Source of the DNA: the human T2T-CHM13v2.0 reference genome, Homo sapiens
Length of the DNA stretch: 64,000 bases
Assembly (NCBI GenBank): GCA_009914755.4
Contig: CP068257.2
Location: 27,392,001 to 27,456,000 of the forward strand
Direction of reading: 5' to 3'
In this document: piece after piece, positions 45,031-57,010 of the stretch
Layout: each line of letters starts with the position of its first letter
Numbering within the stretch: position 1 is the first letter of the stretch
Position numbers and translations under genes: made by a program
The notes under the pieces: model-generated
What the model was told of the DNA's origin: nothing
What the model saw: only the letters and a program-made list of their open reading frames with translations
Databases searched by the model: none

Positions 45031-45300
45031 GGCCAGCCTGCAGGAAGCAGTTCACGCGACCGCTCGAAAGACCGCGGAGGAAGCGAGGAGCACGCACAGC
45101 CTTCTGGGAAAGCAGCGTGGGGCCGCCTCACGCTCTTCCTGGCTCTCCAATTAGCCCACCCTTTCCCTGCCGCCAGGTCTGAAGCATCGCGAGAAGAGCA
45201 ACCTCTGTGGCCAGAACCAAGCTGACGATCCCCGATCGGGTCGATCGATAGGGCGGGCCCAGGGAGCCCCTCGGGTTTCTGGCTCACGCACGCGCAGACA
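45031..45300 (-). promoter_or_regulatory. CCT8: CCT8 core promoter / 5' UTR region with CCAAT box (plus ccaat 45148-45152)
   Basis: GC-rich TATA-less sequence immediately 5' of ATG on minus strand; CCAAT box ~120 nt upstream of ATG; exact TSS not determinable from sequence. Confidence 0.55.
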
Positions 45301-45954
45301 GCCCAGGCCGTGAGAGGTTGCTCCAGTCTGTGCTCTCTGACCGTAGTCAGTAGTCACGGCGTTAGATTTTTGCGGTTTTTGATCTGGAAGCCACACATCC
45401 TTAGCTTAATTTCCACGTATCTTCCAGACCCAGCCACCAACATCAGGGCAGGTGTGCTTTTTTTTTCCCGAGGCAGAGCATCTGCCCCATCCCCCAAAAT
45501 TGTCTCTAGGCGTCCGCTCTGTGTTGGGCACCATAGGAAGCGCTGGGAATGCGCACGATAATTAAAGTCGTCACTAAGAGTAATGTAGTACACATCAAGT
45601 GCTCAAGTGTGCCATATTCTGTGTGATCTGCTTTACATGCAGTATCTCTGTTAATGGTCAGTCTTAAAAATTAATGAATTGTCGGTTAAAATACCATTTA
45701 GTTTTCCTTCCATAAAATGGAGACGATACCATTAAAAATTAAAAATTAAATGGTACTGTCTCTATTTTGTAGAAGGGAAACTGAAGTTCACAAACTGTAA
45801 ATAATTTTCCCAAGATCACAGAGCTAGTAAATATTAAAGCTAGAATTCCTATCTAGATCAGACTTATTGCAAAATGCCGGTTCTTAACCACTATCTATAT
45901 TCCTCTTTTCTACTTCTTCCTGGGAATATAAATCCCTTTTACTCTTTTAAGATC

Positions 45955-46045
45955 AGATATAAATACATATTTATTTATCTGATTTATATATATAATATAC
46001 ACATTTTATATAAATATATCTGATTTATATATGAATTTATAGATA
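45955..46045. repeat. AT-rich low-complexity / TA-rich simple repeat
   Basis: atttatctgatttatatatataatatacacattttatataaatatatctgatttatatatgaatttatagataaatataaa. Confidence 0.7.
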
Positions 46046-46058
46046 AATATAAATCCCT

Positions 46059-46215
46059 TTGGCTTGGTGGCATGCACCTGTAGTCTCAGCTGCTTGGGAG
46101 GCTAAGGTTGGAGGATCTGCTTGAGCCTGGGAGGTTGAGGCAGCAGTGAGCTGAGATCATGCCACTGCACTCCAGCCTGGGCAAGAGTGAGGCCCTGTCT
46201 CAAAAAAAAAAAAAA
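46059..46215 (+). mobile_element. Alu right-arm fragment with poly-A
   Basis: ggcttggtggcatgcacctgtagtctcagctgcttgggaggctaagg... Confidence 0.85.
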
Positions 46216-46379
46216 ATTGCAAAAATGTAAATGCCACTGATATGGTTTGGATTTTTGCAAAAATGTAAATGCCACTGATATGTTTGAATTGCCTGCCCAA
46301 ATATGATGTGGAATTATAATCCCCAGCTGTTCTTGTGATAGTGAGTGACTTCTCATAAGACCTGGTTGTTTAAAAGTGT

Positions 46380-46595
46380 GTGGCACCTCCCCACTCTGTC
46401 TCTTCCTCCTCCTCCAGCCTTGTAGGATGTGTCTGCTTCCCCTTCACCTTCCACCTTGATTGTCAGCTTCCTGAGGCTTCCCCAGCCATGCTTCCTGTAC
46501 CGCCTGTGGAACTGTGAGCCAATTAAACCTCTTTTCTTTATAAATTACCCAGTCTCAGGTAGTTCTTTATAGCGATTCGAGAACGGACTAATACA
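46380..46595. mobile_element. Unclassified interspersed repeat fragment (same family as 23690-24120, opposite orientation)
   Basis: ...gccatgcttcctgtaccgcctgtggaactgtgagccaattaaacctcttttctttataaattacccagtctcaggtagttctttatagcgattcgagaacggactaatacag. Confidence 0.5.
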
Positions 46596-47329
46596 GCCAC
46601 CCTTTTCATTCTTGGAAAATAGAGATATTTTAAATAAAAACATACATATTATCATGTGATAGGATTATTATTTTTTAAATAACGTTAAAAATTTATCAGT
46701 TTTAATTTCTAATATAGCAAATATTCATACCTATAACCCACATAAACAAAAGACCTTTGGGGAAGTTAATTTTTAAGAGTCTAAAGGTGTTCTGAGACTG
46801 ATACGTTAGAGAACTACTGTAATGATCAGTCCCGAACAACAGAACAATCCAAGATTTTTCCTGGATTAGCTAAGAAATAAACAAAAGCACATTCCTCTGA
46901 CTCAGAGATAATATTACTTATAAAAATAGCTAACACAAAATAAAATTGAAATAAAACTGAAAGGAGCTAAAATGACACCTGATTAACATATTAATATATA
47001 TTAATCTATATTTAAAGTGACTTTGAGGCCTAGGTTCTGGTCCTTGTCTCACTGGTATCTTCTCCATTTGGCATTAATGTCTTGTATTCTGGCCCCAGTA
47101 CCTGGAATAGTTCGTGCTGTCTGCTTTACCACTTCTGCCTCAGGGTCTTTGCCTCTGCTGTTCTTCCTACCTAAAATGCTCTTCTATTCCCTTATGGCTG
47201 AATTAATTCTACCTCAGTATGCAGACACTTTCATTAGAAAGTCTTTGATGACTCCCAAGACATTCCCTGTTTGTCATTCTCATAGCTTCTGTGTTTCTCC
47301 TTCATAGCACTTACCACAGTTGTAATGAC

Positions 47330-47825
47330 AGAATTATTTGTCATCTTTCTCCACCAGCAGGTAGGTGGTGAATCACCAGCACTTATACTGTAATTGGACA
47401 ATGCACGGAGTAAGGAGTCAATAAATCATCATCAAATGAACTACTGGGTGACCAAATGGATATCCAGAAGAGGAGATCGAAGAATTAAGGTGCTGTGGTC
47501 TCAATGTTTGTGTCCCTCCAAAATTCATGTTAAAATCTTAGGCCCTGAAGTGATGGTATTACGTAGGGCCTTTTGGGAGATGATTAGTTCATTAGGTCTC
47601 CACCCTTATAAAAGATTAGCGCTCTTATGAAAGAGGCCCAGGGGAGCTTATTTGCCTTTCCACCATGTGCTGACACAGCTAGAAGGTACTATCTATGAAC
47701 CAGGAAGCAGGCCCTCACCAGACACTGTATCTGCTAGCACCTTGATCTCGGACTTCCAGCCTCACGAACTGTGAGTAACACATTTCTACCGTTTCTAAGC
47801 CACCCAGTTTGTAGTATTTTGTTAT
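47330..47825. mobile_element. Unclassified interspersed repeat fragment (3' portion ...ccaccatgtgctgacacagctagaaggtactatctatgaaccaggaagcaggccctcaccagacac...ctaagccacccagtttgtagtattttgttatag)
   Basis: Recognisable common human repeat motifs; abuts the LTR12 insertion. Confidence 0.45.
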
Positions 47826-49122
47826 AGTGTGTCTGGAATTGGTGGGTTCTTGGTCTGACTGACTTCAAGAATGAAGCCGTGGACCCTCGTGGTGAGTGTT
47901 ACAGTTCTTAAAGGCGGCGTGTCCGGAGTGTGTTCCTTCTGATATTCGGATGTGTTCGGAGTTTCTTCCTTCTGGCAGGCTCGTGGTCTCGCTGGCTCAG
48001 GAGTGAAGCTGCGAACCTTCGCAGTGAGTGTTACAGCTCTTAAGGCACGTCTGGAGTTGTTTGTTCCTCCCAGTGGGTTTGTGGTCTCGCTGGCTTCAGG
48101 AGTGAAGCTGCAGACCTTTGCAGTGAGTGTTACAGCTCATAAAGGCAGTGAGGACCCAAAGAGTGAGCAGCAGCAGGATTTATTGCAAAGAAAAAAAAAG
48201 CTCCCACAGTGTGGAAGGGGACCCAATCGGGTTGCCACTGCTGGCTCTGGCAGCCTGCTTTCATTCTCTTATCTGGCCCCGCCCACATCCTGCTGATTGG
48301 TAGAGCCCAGTGGTCTGTTTTGACAGGGCGCTGATTGGTGTGTTTACAATCCCTGAGCTAGACACACAGGTTCTCCATGTCTCCACCAGAGTAGCTAGAT
48401 ACGGAGTGTCGATTGGTGCATTCACAAACCCTGAGCTAGACACAGGGTGCTGATTGATGTGTTTACAAACCTTGAGCTAGATACAGAGTGCCGATTGGTG
48501 TATTTACAATCCCTTAGCTAGACGTAAAGGTTCTCCACGTCCCCACCAGACTCAGGAGCCCAGCTGGCTTCACCCAGTGGATCACGCACTAGGGCTACAG
48601 GTGGAGCTGCTTGCCAGTCCGCCGCCGTGAGCCCACACTCCTCAGCCCTTGGGTGGTTGATGGGACTGGGCGCTGTGGAGCAGCGGGCGGCGCTCGTCGC
48701 GGAGGCTCGGGCATGGCGGGCTGCAGGTCCCTAGCCCTGCCCTGCAGGAAGACAGCTAAGGCCAGGCGAGAAATTGAGCACGGCAGCTGCTGGCCCAGGT
48801 GCTAAGCCCCTCAACTGCCCGGGGCCGGTGGGGCCGGCAGGCGGCTCCGAGTTGCGAGGTCCGCGGGGCCCACGCCCACCCGGAACTCACGCTGGCCCGC
48901 AAGCACCGCGCGCAGCCCCGGTTCCTGCCCGCACCTCTCCCTCCACACCTCCCCGCAAGCTGAGGGAGCCGGCTCCGGCCTCGGCCAGCCCAGGAAGGCG
49001 CTCCCACAGCGCAGTGGTGGGCTGAAGGGCTCCTCAAGTGCCGCCAAAGTGGGAGCCCAGGCAGAGGAGGCGCCGAGAGCGAGGGAGGGCTGTGAGGACT
49101 GCCAGCACGCTGTCACCTCTCA
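47826..49122 (+). mobile_element. Solo LTR of HERV9 / LTR12 family (LTR12C-like)
   Basis: Recognised LTR12 hallmarks: 5' units ...tggtctcgctggcttcaggagtgaagctgcagaccttcgcagtgagtgttacagctcataaaggcagtg..., repeated gctgattggtg..tttacaa.ccctgagctagacac U3 modules, GC-rich 3' part ...ccccgcaagctgagggagccggctccggcc...ctgccagcacgctgtcacctctca. Confidence 0.8.
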
Positions 49123-52100
49123 ATAGCAGCCCAAACAGATTAAGACATGGGAGGTATGGTCTCTATTCTTACCATCCAGACGTATGTGAAGTAAAACCAG
49201 AGAACAACACAAAGCAATCAAGAGGGTTTTTGCGCAGAGTTTGCAAAACGCCAAGGAGACTGTAGGTTTCTGTTATAGTGATTCAAAAGCCTGGGATCCT
49301 CATGTTAGGTGCTGCCTGAAAACATGGCCTCCAGCCTCCAGGAGAGCTAAAAGCCGTGAGGATTGGGGGTTGGGGATGTCTGAGCCATCTTAGGATTCTG
49401 ATAAGGACTCAGTTCACTATTTGTTTCTAGTTACTTTGTTTCTGTTTTTTTCATTTTTTGTTTGTGTTAAAGTTTTAACCCCTGTACGTCAGAATTGTTT
49501 AATGTTTTTGGCTTGTCTATGTGTTTTGATTTTTTTTGTATTATTATTTAATTTTCCCAATTCCCATTAAATCCTTAACCTCCTGACTTTTCTTTTTCTG
49601 CCTCCATTTGTATTGTTTATTTCATGTTACTATATCATCTTATGTTTCAGTATTTTTCTGTTGAATTTTAATTCTTTTGTTTGGCTTTGGAGTCTGACTC
49701 ATTTTGTGTTGGCTCATTATTTTGCTTCAGGATATTTTTGTTGTTGTTAAAATCTTTTAATATTCCTTTATAAATTTAAATTTTTTTCTCTTTTAATCGA
49801 ATTTATTTGGGCTTAAGAGGGCACAATAATTTATACCCTTATTCACTTTCTGAGTTTGGAAACAACCAAGAAAATAGAGGGGTCAGGAGGCTGGAATTCA
49901 GAGTCTCTCTGGACTACAGAGAACGTGGCTTAGGGTGAAAGCACAGGCATGCTGGGCATCATTGCTGCTTTGCACTGATCAGAGAAGGAGAGACTTTAAA
50001 TGGGTTAACTCCATGCAATCAAGAAAGGTAGCCCCATGTCAATCCCTTACCAGTGAGGTAACTTCCAATGTGGGTCAGAAGGAGTGGATTGAGAGGCCGA
50101 GAACTGGGGGTAACCAAAAGAGTAAGACTAAACAATACTCTCCTCTCAATATAATTGTTACTTTTGTTCATCTCCCTGTAAACCTCCCTCCCACTCTTCT
50201 GCCTTTTATCTATGGAGTGGGGATGAGGTTGAGGGGAGACTCGGCCTACGACTACCATGTTGGTCCCACAGCTCCACTTAGTTTCTGTCAAGCACACATG
50301 AGACAAGGCATGGCTAAGGTAAAGTCCTGACTGATTCGACTGGTAAAGATGCAAGGACACTTTTTTAGAATCAGACCGTTTATTCATTACATAGATGACA
50401 AAAGGAAGACTAGCCAAATGTGCCAACTCCTTGAGGTCATTGTTCTGCTCATCAAAAAGAATGACACTGAAACCAAAGGGACTTGGAGATTGCAATGCGA
50501 GTTGGGTAATGCAGCTCGGTGGTTTTGTGTTCTGCCACTCTATTAAGAGAGGGTGAAGCAGGAAGACCCACGTCTCATCAGAACACTGGAGGTGATGAGA
50601 AACTGCTTCATGACAGCTTCCCAGGTGAGATCAGGAGGTGAAAGGAAGATGGCCTTGGAGAAGCTCTTTGCAGGTCTCCATCTTCTCGTGTTCCAGGTGG
50701 ATCACAAGGCATTTGGCCAAGACTCAGGCCACAGGAGAAGCAGTGCCAAGAGACAGGAAGGAAGTGGCTCTGCCCTGGTGTATCCACAAAGGGCATGCAG
50801 GCAAAGGCCCATGCTAATCTGAGTCTTGGCCAAATGCCAAGCTCTTTCTTAGCTTTGGCTTGCTTCCTTTTCTCTATGGGTCTCTCAGCTTCCCCATACT
50901 GTCTCACCACTCCCCCCAGAAAGGTCTCTACGTGTTTCATATTCAAACATCCCAAGAGGGAGCATCTGATTGGTTCAGTTTATTGCTTTGCCACAAAAAG
51001 CCCCCAGGTTCTGCTAAATTTTCAGAAAATACAAGTTTCCATGGCTGCTTTGGCCTAAGCAAGAATTGGTGGTGCACTCAATGGCAAACGAGGGCCAGGG
51101 TCATGTGAGTCATCTGTAACCTTGGTGTGAGAATGCTCTGTGGCTGTTTTGTTCCAAAGTGGGCTCTGTGTGTGGCCTACATTCAGAGTTTCAAGAATAG
51201 TCCAATCAATCTACTTGAGGCTGTACTGGAGTGAGTAGCTCCCTTAAAGTCTCTCCAGGTTAGGGCAAAGTCACAAGAAATGAAATGTATTATAATCACT
51301 CCCTGCTTATTACCATTCTAAGAGGGAAGATCTTGAACTGGATGAAAGTGATTGATTCTTTTCTTAGTTTAAATGTTGGTTTAGTTGTCCCGGTGTCTTT
51401 TGTGCCTAGGTGTGATTGAGCTGGTTAGATTAATGGGAACGAGAAGGGTGAAATGGAATGAGATGCATTTAAATCCTATTGGTGATACCTTAGATATCTA
51501 GAGATGAAATCTTTATTTCAGGTGACTTGAGAGAGAAGGTTCTCTTGAGCCTTTATGAATCAACTGTTGATGAACTAAAACTGTGTTTATCAGTCTCTCT
51601 TTCAGCAAAGATAGAAGTTACTGTCATAGTTCCCCTGATCAGTGTGCTAGACTGGCACACATGGGGTCTTCTACTGCAAGGCTGGGAAGCAGAAACTGTG
51701 TTTCTTGGATTCTGTTGCAGTTATGGCTGTGGGTACAAATAAGCCTCCACCAATTAGATACTTTCATGTGAGGATTGGAAGGTGGTAGGAAAACAAAGCC
51801 TATTTTCATGCTGTTTTGGCATTTCTGCCATAAGCCCCTAAGGCTGCCGTGGTTTAAACCAGAATTCCTGATGCACTCATGGGTGTCCAGGGGCCAGGGT
51901 CTTTTGTAACCTTAGTGTAGGGAATGTGATGAGATGATGCATTTTTGGCACCTCTTTGCCAAAGATAACACCTTGCTCTCCGTGCTTACAGATGTACAAG
52001 GGCAGCCGTGGGGCTGGCAACAGCTTCGTAATCCTGGCTTCCTGCTTTCTGGGTCAAAGCCCTGGTGGTGTGTTCTTGATATCGGTCCATCTAGTGGCGT

Positions 52101-52706
52101 TGTTTGATTCCTCCCACCTTGCTGATCATTCGTAGTGTAGCCCCCAAGGTGAGTCATTCTGTTACATCTGGGACCTATTCCCAGAAGCCCATTTTAGAGC
52201 TTGCTTCTCTAGCCCATCAAGAATTTTTGAAGGATCTGATTCCTGTATTAAAGCCCTTCTGCTTGAGTGGTTTTTGTTTCCTGCATGCTGTATGACATAA
52301 TTCCTGTGTTTATGATTGTTACAAAGCTAAAAACAGCCATGGCCAGGCTTGTGAGCTCACATCAGAAATGAAATTCAGAAGTCATTCAGAATCTTACCAA
52401 ATCCAGTTTTTACTCTTGATTTAAAAATATTTTACTTTTTAAAATTAATTATTGTGGCTCGCCCAGACTTGGCAGTTAGAATTGAATATCAGGAAAGGTT
52501 TTAAGACAAACCTGACGAAGAAAGTTGAAGTAGTCACAGTATCTAGAAATACAAGAGGGCCTCTTTTCTCAGGCTTATATTTTGAGATAAATTTCCTCTC
52601 CTTAGTACATGCAGGGAACATTTCATTTCATAGTTTTGCTGATTAAAAAGGCCAAATTATATAAATTACCTGGAGGAGGTTTTCTGCTATTAAAATTGTT
52701 TATGGT

Positions 52707-53103
<397 letters not shown>

Positions 53104-55264
53104 TTACTCTTTCTTTTATTATGAATTCATCAGTTTACTGGTTATTCTTTTTTATATTTTAGCCAGTTTCCCACCACAGATTGCAAGTTTGGGTTCCTCA
53201 GACCATTGTTCTATGCAAGAAGCAGGCTTTTGGCAAGTTTCTTCCACATCAAATTACTTTTCCTTCTGTATATTTTATGCAGAAATCTTTCAATAACAAG
53301 ATAAGATTGTTTGCAGCTTTTACTGATCTTTACTCAATATTTGATTCTGTGCATAGGAACCAGTTGTAGGCGAGCCTGCTTACGTACAATATTGAACCCA
53401 GTCCTGATTCTTATGTAGAATTTGCATCTTAACACCAGTGCAAAGACCTGGGTTTGATAAGTTAAATGGTTATTTCAAAATGAATAAAACAGGGATGTTT
53501 TGACTACTTTGTTTCTTTTTGTTTTATAATATAATATTACTTTTGGATGAGCTAACTGAATCTGTCCCTCTTTCCACTGAGAGTAAAAGTAATAAGTATT
53601 CTCTACTAATATTATTAAGTTCATAGATGACTCTAGCAGCTCTTGGTCCTATTTCCTAATATTATGTAAAGAAATGGCTTAAGTTCAGGCACTGCATTAG
53701 TTAGCGATTGTTGTGTAACAAACCACTCCAAATCTCAGTGGCTTAAAACAACAGCTACTTCTTATTTCTCACAAAATAATTTCTCACAAAAAATTTCTAA
53801 ATTTTTTGTATGCCTAGGACTGGTTGGGTGGTTTGGCTGATCTGACCAAGCTTTACTGTATTAGGCAGGGATTGTTTATGTATCTGCAGTCAGCTGGTGG
53901 GTGGGCTTGGGGTTGGGGAACAGTGTTGGCAGGCTTGGAGGTCTCAGCTGGAACAATTCAGCTGTGCATCACATGGTCTCAGCCTCTAGTAGGTTACCTG
54001 GGCTTGCTCTCATGAAAGTAGAGGGTGCCAAGGGAGCAAGCAGCAATGTGTAAGCACCTTGTTAAATTTGCTACTAGCCCATTGGCTGAAGTAGGTTATG
54101 TGGCCACACCCAGGATCAGTGTGGCAGGGCAGTATCAAAGGCTGTAGATACATGGAGGCACGTAAGTTGAGGACAATAGTGCAGTCAATCTACCACGGCC
54201 ACTCTAAAACCCCAGTCCCTGCTTTTGGCAAGAGTTTTCCACCATTCATTTACTTGGTGTTCAACAACTTCATTCAACAAGTTTCTTAAGAAAATACTGG
54301 GATCAATTTACCTTGCAGGATTCACTAGAAAGCAATATTACTTAAATTAAGGTGTCATTTTGATGTTTCACTGAGCTTTTTTTTTTTCTTGAGCCACCAC
54401 AGCAGGTGACTATTAATATCTGTATTGAAAAAACTCTAGCTAAACATTAGTGTCATCATTCTTCGTGTCACAGAGCATTGGTGTCTTACTTTCCCATTTA
54501 ATTATATTTTGAAATGAATTCAGAAATATTTGGAGGGCATGATATTGGTCCTTTCTAAAGGTACTTGGGTGTTTTGCCTTGGGCAATTCCTCAATTTTCT
54601 TGGCCTTACTCTATTACACAGAAATCTGCCCCCTGGACTCCAATTTGAGAAGATAATTTCTAACCATTCCTTATCCAATCCTTATCAAATGCCTAATTGC
54701 AAAAATTTATGTTTGAGCAAAATTCCCTCAATGCCGTGCAGCACATTCCCATTTAGATAATTAATTTTGCCCTCGGATGAAGCCAGACCATTAAAGTTTT
54801 AGTCCTTTGGAGGACTGAGTTTGATAAATTGCATTTTGGTATCATGCCATTGTCTTATAATAAGGAAAATTAAAAGGAATGGCCAACTATCATAGACTGT
54901 TATCTCTACTCGATGCCTGTTTTTGATGGATGTCAATCATTTCATTGCATGGTATCCTTTTTATATGACCTGTGGGAAAAATTTATCTCAGCATTCAACC
55001 ATGGTTTTTATTTTATGGCCGCTATGAATCTTCCAGTGTTTTTGTTTCTCTCTTTAACTGCTGGAAACTTAGAGCCAAATGTGTAGCCCATCTCTACCAA
55101 CTCTACAGGGCTCTGGTGCAACATTTCTGTCTACCACTCTTAACATTTGGTTTTACTATTTTCCTGATTGTTCTTTCTTTTTTGCTCAGACTATCTCAAC
55201 TTAAAAAAATCCTTAGTGATTTTATTTGTTTTTGTAAGCCACATAAAGTTCTTTATGGAATCAG

Positions 55265-55330
55265 CTGGGATGTGTGTGTGTGTGTATATATGTGTGTGTG
55301 TGTGTATGTAATATATATAATATTACCTCT
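55265..55330. repeat. (TG)n/(TA)n compound microsatellite
   Basis: tgtgtgtgtgtgtatatatgtgtgtgtgtgtgtatgtaatatatataa. Confidence 0.85.
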
Positions 55331-55379
55331 CTTGTTTATGTAATATATATATCTCTGTTTTACTAATTCTGAAATAATC

Positions 55380-55520
55380 ATTTAATATTATAATATATAA
55401 TATATATAATTGTATATAACATATGTATACACACATGTATATGTATATATTTTATGACATATATGTAATATAATTATATATAATATTATATGTATATATA
55501 CATGTATAATATGTATATAT
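55380..55520. repeat. TA-rich simple repeat block
   Basis: atataatatatataattgtatataacatatgtatacacacatgtatatgtatatat... Confidence 0.8.
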
Positions 55521-56882
55521 TTTTTTTTCCAAAATTGCTAGTTTATGAATTCACAGATGGTTTGGGGTTGATTAAAGGGATTAGCAATTTCACTTTAGAA
55601 TAATTTTGTTTTTTACTTAGAAGGAAGAATTTATAATTTGTGGCTTAAACTAGAAACACTACCACATCATAAGTAGCACAACACTAAAGCATAAAAAGCA
55701 ATCTTGAGACCTTCTTACATTACTATATATAGATTCTATTAAAAACAATAATGGGAACTAGAGGGTCATTGTAGAATATTTTTTCTTAAGGTCTACACAC
55801 TAATTGATTCATGTAAGATGGTCCCTGATTTCTTTTAGGTACTTAGCCCATGAGCCAGTACTTATTTTTGTAGTTGGATTAGTAACGATGCTTGATGGTT
55901 CAAATGCTTATCAGCCATCATCATTCTCACTTGCCCTGTTCTTAATGTTTTGGCTATTTTTATTACAATGATTTCCTCTGGGATTTTCATTAGGGTCAGT
56001 CATTAGCCTCAGGGGAATAAAATCAAGGGAGGATCTATGTGTCTATTTATGTAGCAGTCTGCTAGAGCAATTACATTTTCTCATTGCTATTTGATTAGAC
56101 TATTTTCTTTCTTACCAGATATTCACTCCTCTGACTCTATGCCAAATGCACCATCGAGGTGAAAGTTAAATCACATCAGGAATCTCAATGAAGAAGGAGG
56201 GTAATGGTTACCAAAAATCCTTCCAAAAGATCTTTTCATTCCCTGACATCATCACACAGTGATTTTTGATAACTTAGGCAAATATAGTCTAAACGCAATT
56301 AGAAATTAACTTTCTGAGATGAGTAAGAAAGTTTATTTAGGAAATGCAAGTGAGAAACAAGAAGTAGAAGAGAATATGTTTGGGAAATGTAATAATGCAC
56401 AGTGACTTATCTCAAGATGATTCTCAGACTTTGCCAAAAATTCACAAAGGAAAAAAAAAGTCAGCAAGGAAAATGCCTGTCTCTAAGCCCATATTTTCTC
56501 TCATTTGAGGTGTGGAATAACCCTTAAGCCCTTACCGGGGTCCTTCTGGACTGAGAATTGTTGTAAAGTAATACTGCTCAGGTTCGTAAGTTTTATAATC
56601 TTCTCACACAGAGCAAATGAGAATGGGGTGGGAATGTGCAAGGCAAGAGCAGTCAAACCTGCCAGTAGTAGCAAAAGTGACAGCTAGACCAACAAGGGCT
56701 TGACATGCTTCAAGGAGACTTGCTCACCAGAACTTGAGAAACATAATTGAGGCTTTTAGGTGAAACCATTGCATTGCACGTAGCCGTGTATTATGCTTAA
56801 AGTGATCATTGGCTATGAATAAACAAAATAAAGATCCCTGCACCTTATTTAAGTGGTCATTGGACATAAAAAGTGCATTTAG

Positions 56883-57010
56883 GCTGAGGCAGGAGAATGG
56901 AGTGAACCCGGGAGGCGGAGCTTGCAGTGAGCTGAGATCGTGCCACTGCACTCCAGCCTGGGTGACAGAGCCAGACTCTGTCTAAAAAAAAAAAAAAAAA
57001 AAAAAAAAGC
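56883..57010 (+). mobile_element. Alu right-arm fragment with poly-A
   Basis: ggctgaggcaggagaatggagtgaacccgggaggcggagcttgcagtgagctgagatcgtgccactgcactccagcctgggtgacagag. Confidence 0.85.

Larger units (their letters stand above)
44420..45560. promoter_or_regulatory. CCT8: CpG island spanning CCT8 exon 1 / promoter
   Basis: High CpG and GC density by eye (many cg dinucleotides, cgcg clusters); contains CCT8 start codon and 5' UTR. Confidence 0.8.

Noticed and set aside
44683-45225. 180-aa + strand ORF (and overlapping 85/69/106/81-aa ORFs) across the CpG island
   Set aside because: GC-rich, stop-poor CpG-island sequence antisense to CCT8 exon 1. Proline/arginine/alanine-rich composition typical of spurious ORFs; no splice or start context.
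48611-49265. Cluster of overlapping ORFs on both strands (64-101 aa, Ala/Pro/Arg/Gly-rich)
   Set aside because: They lie inside the GC-rich part of the LTR12 element. Reading frames open on both strands is a GC-content artefact, not coding.
49935-50495. Overlapping 131-aa (+) and 158-aa (-) ORFs
   Set aside because: No recognisable protein similarity, no splice context, mutually overlapping on opposite strands. The ORFs are probably chance, in unique or old-repeat intronic DNA.
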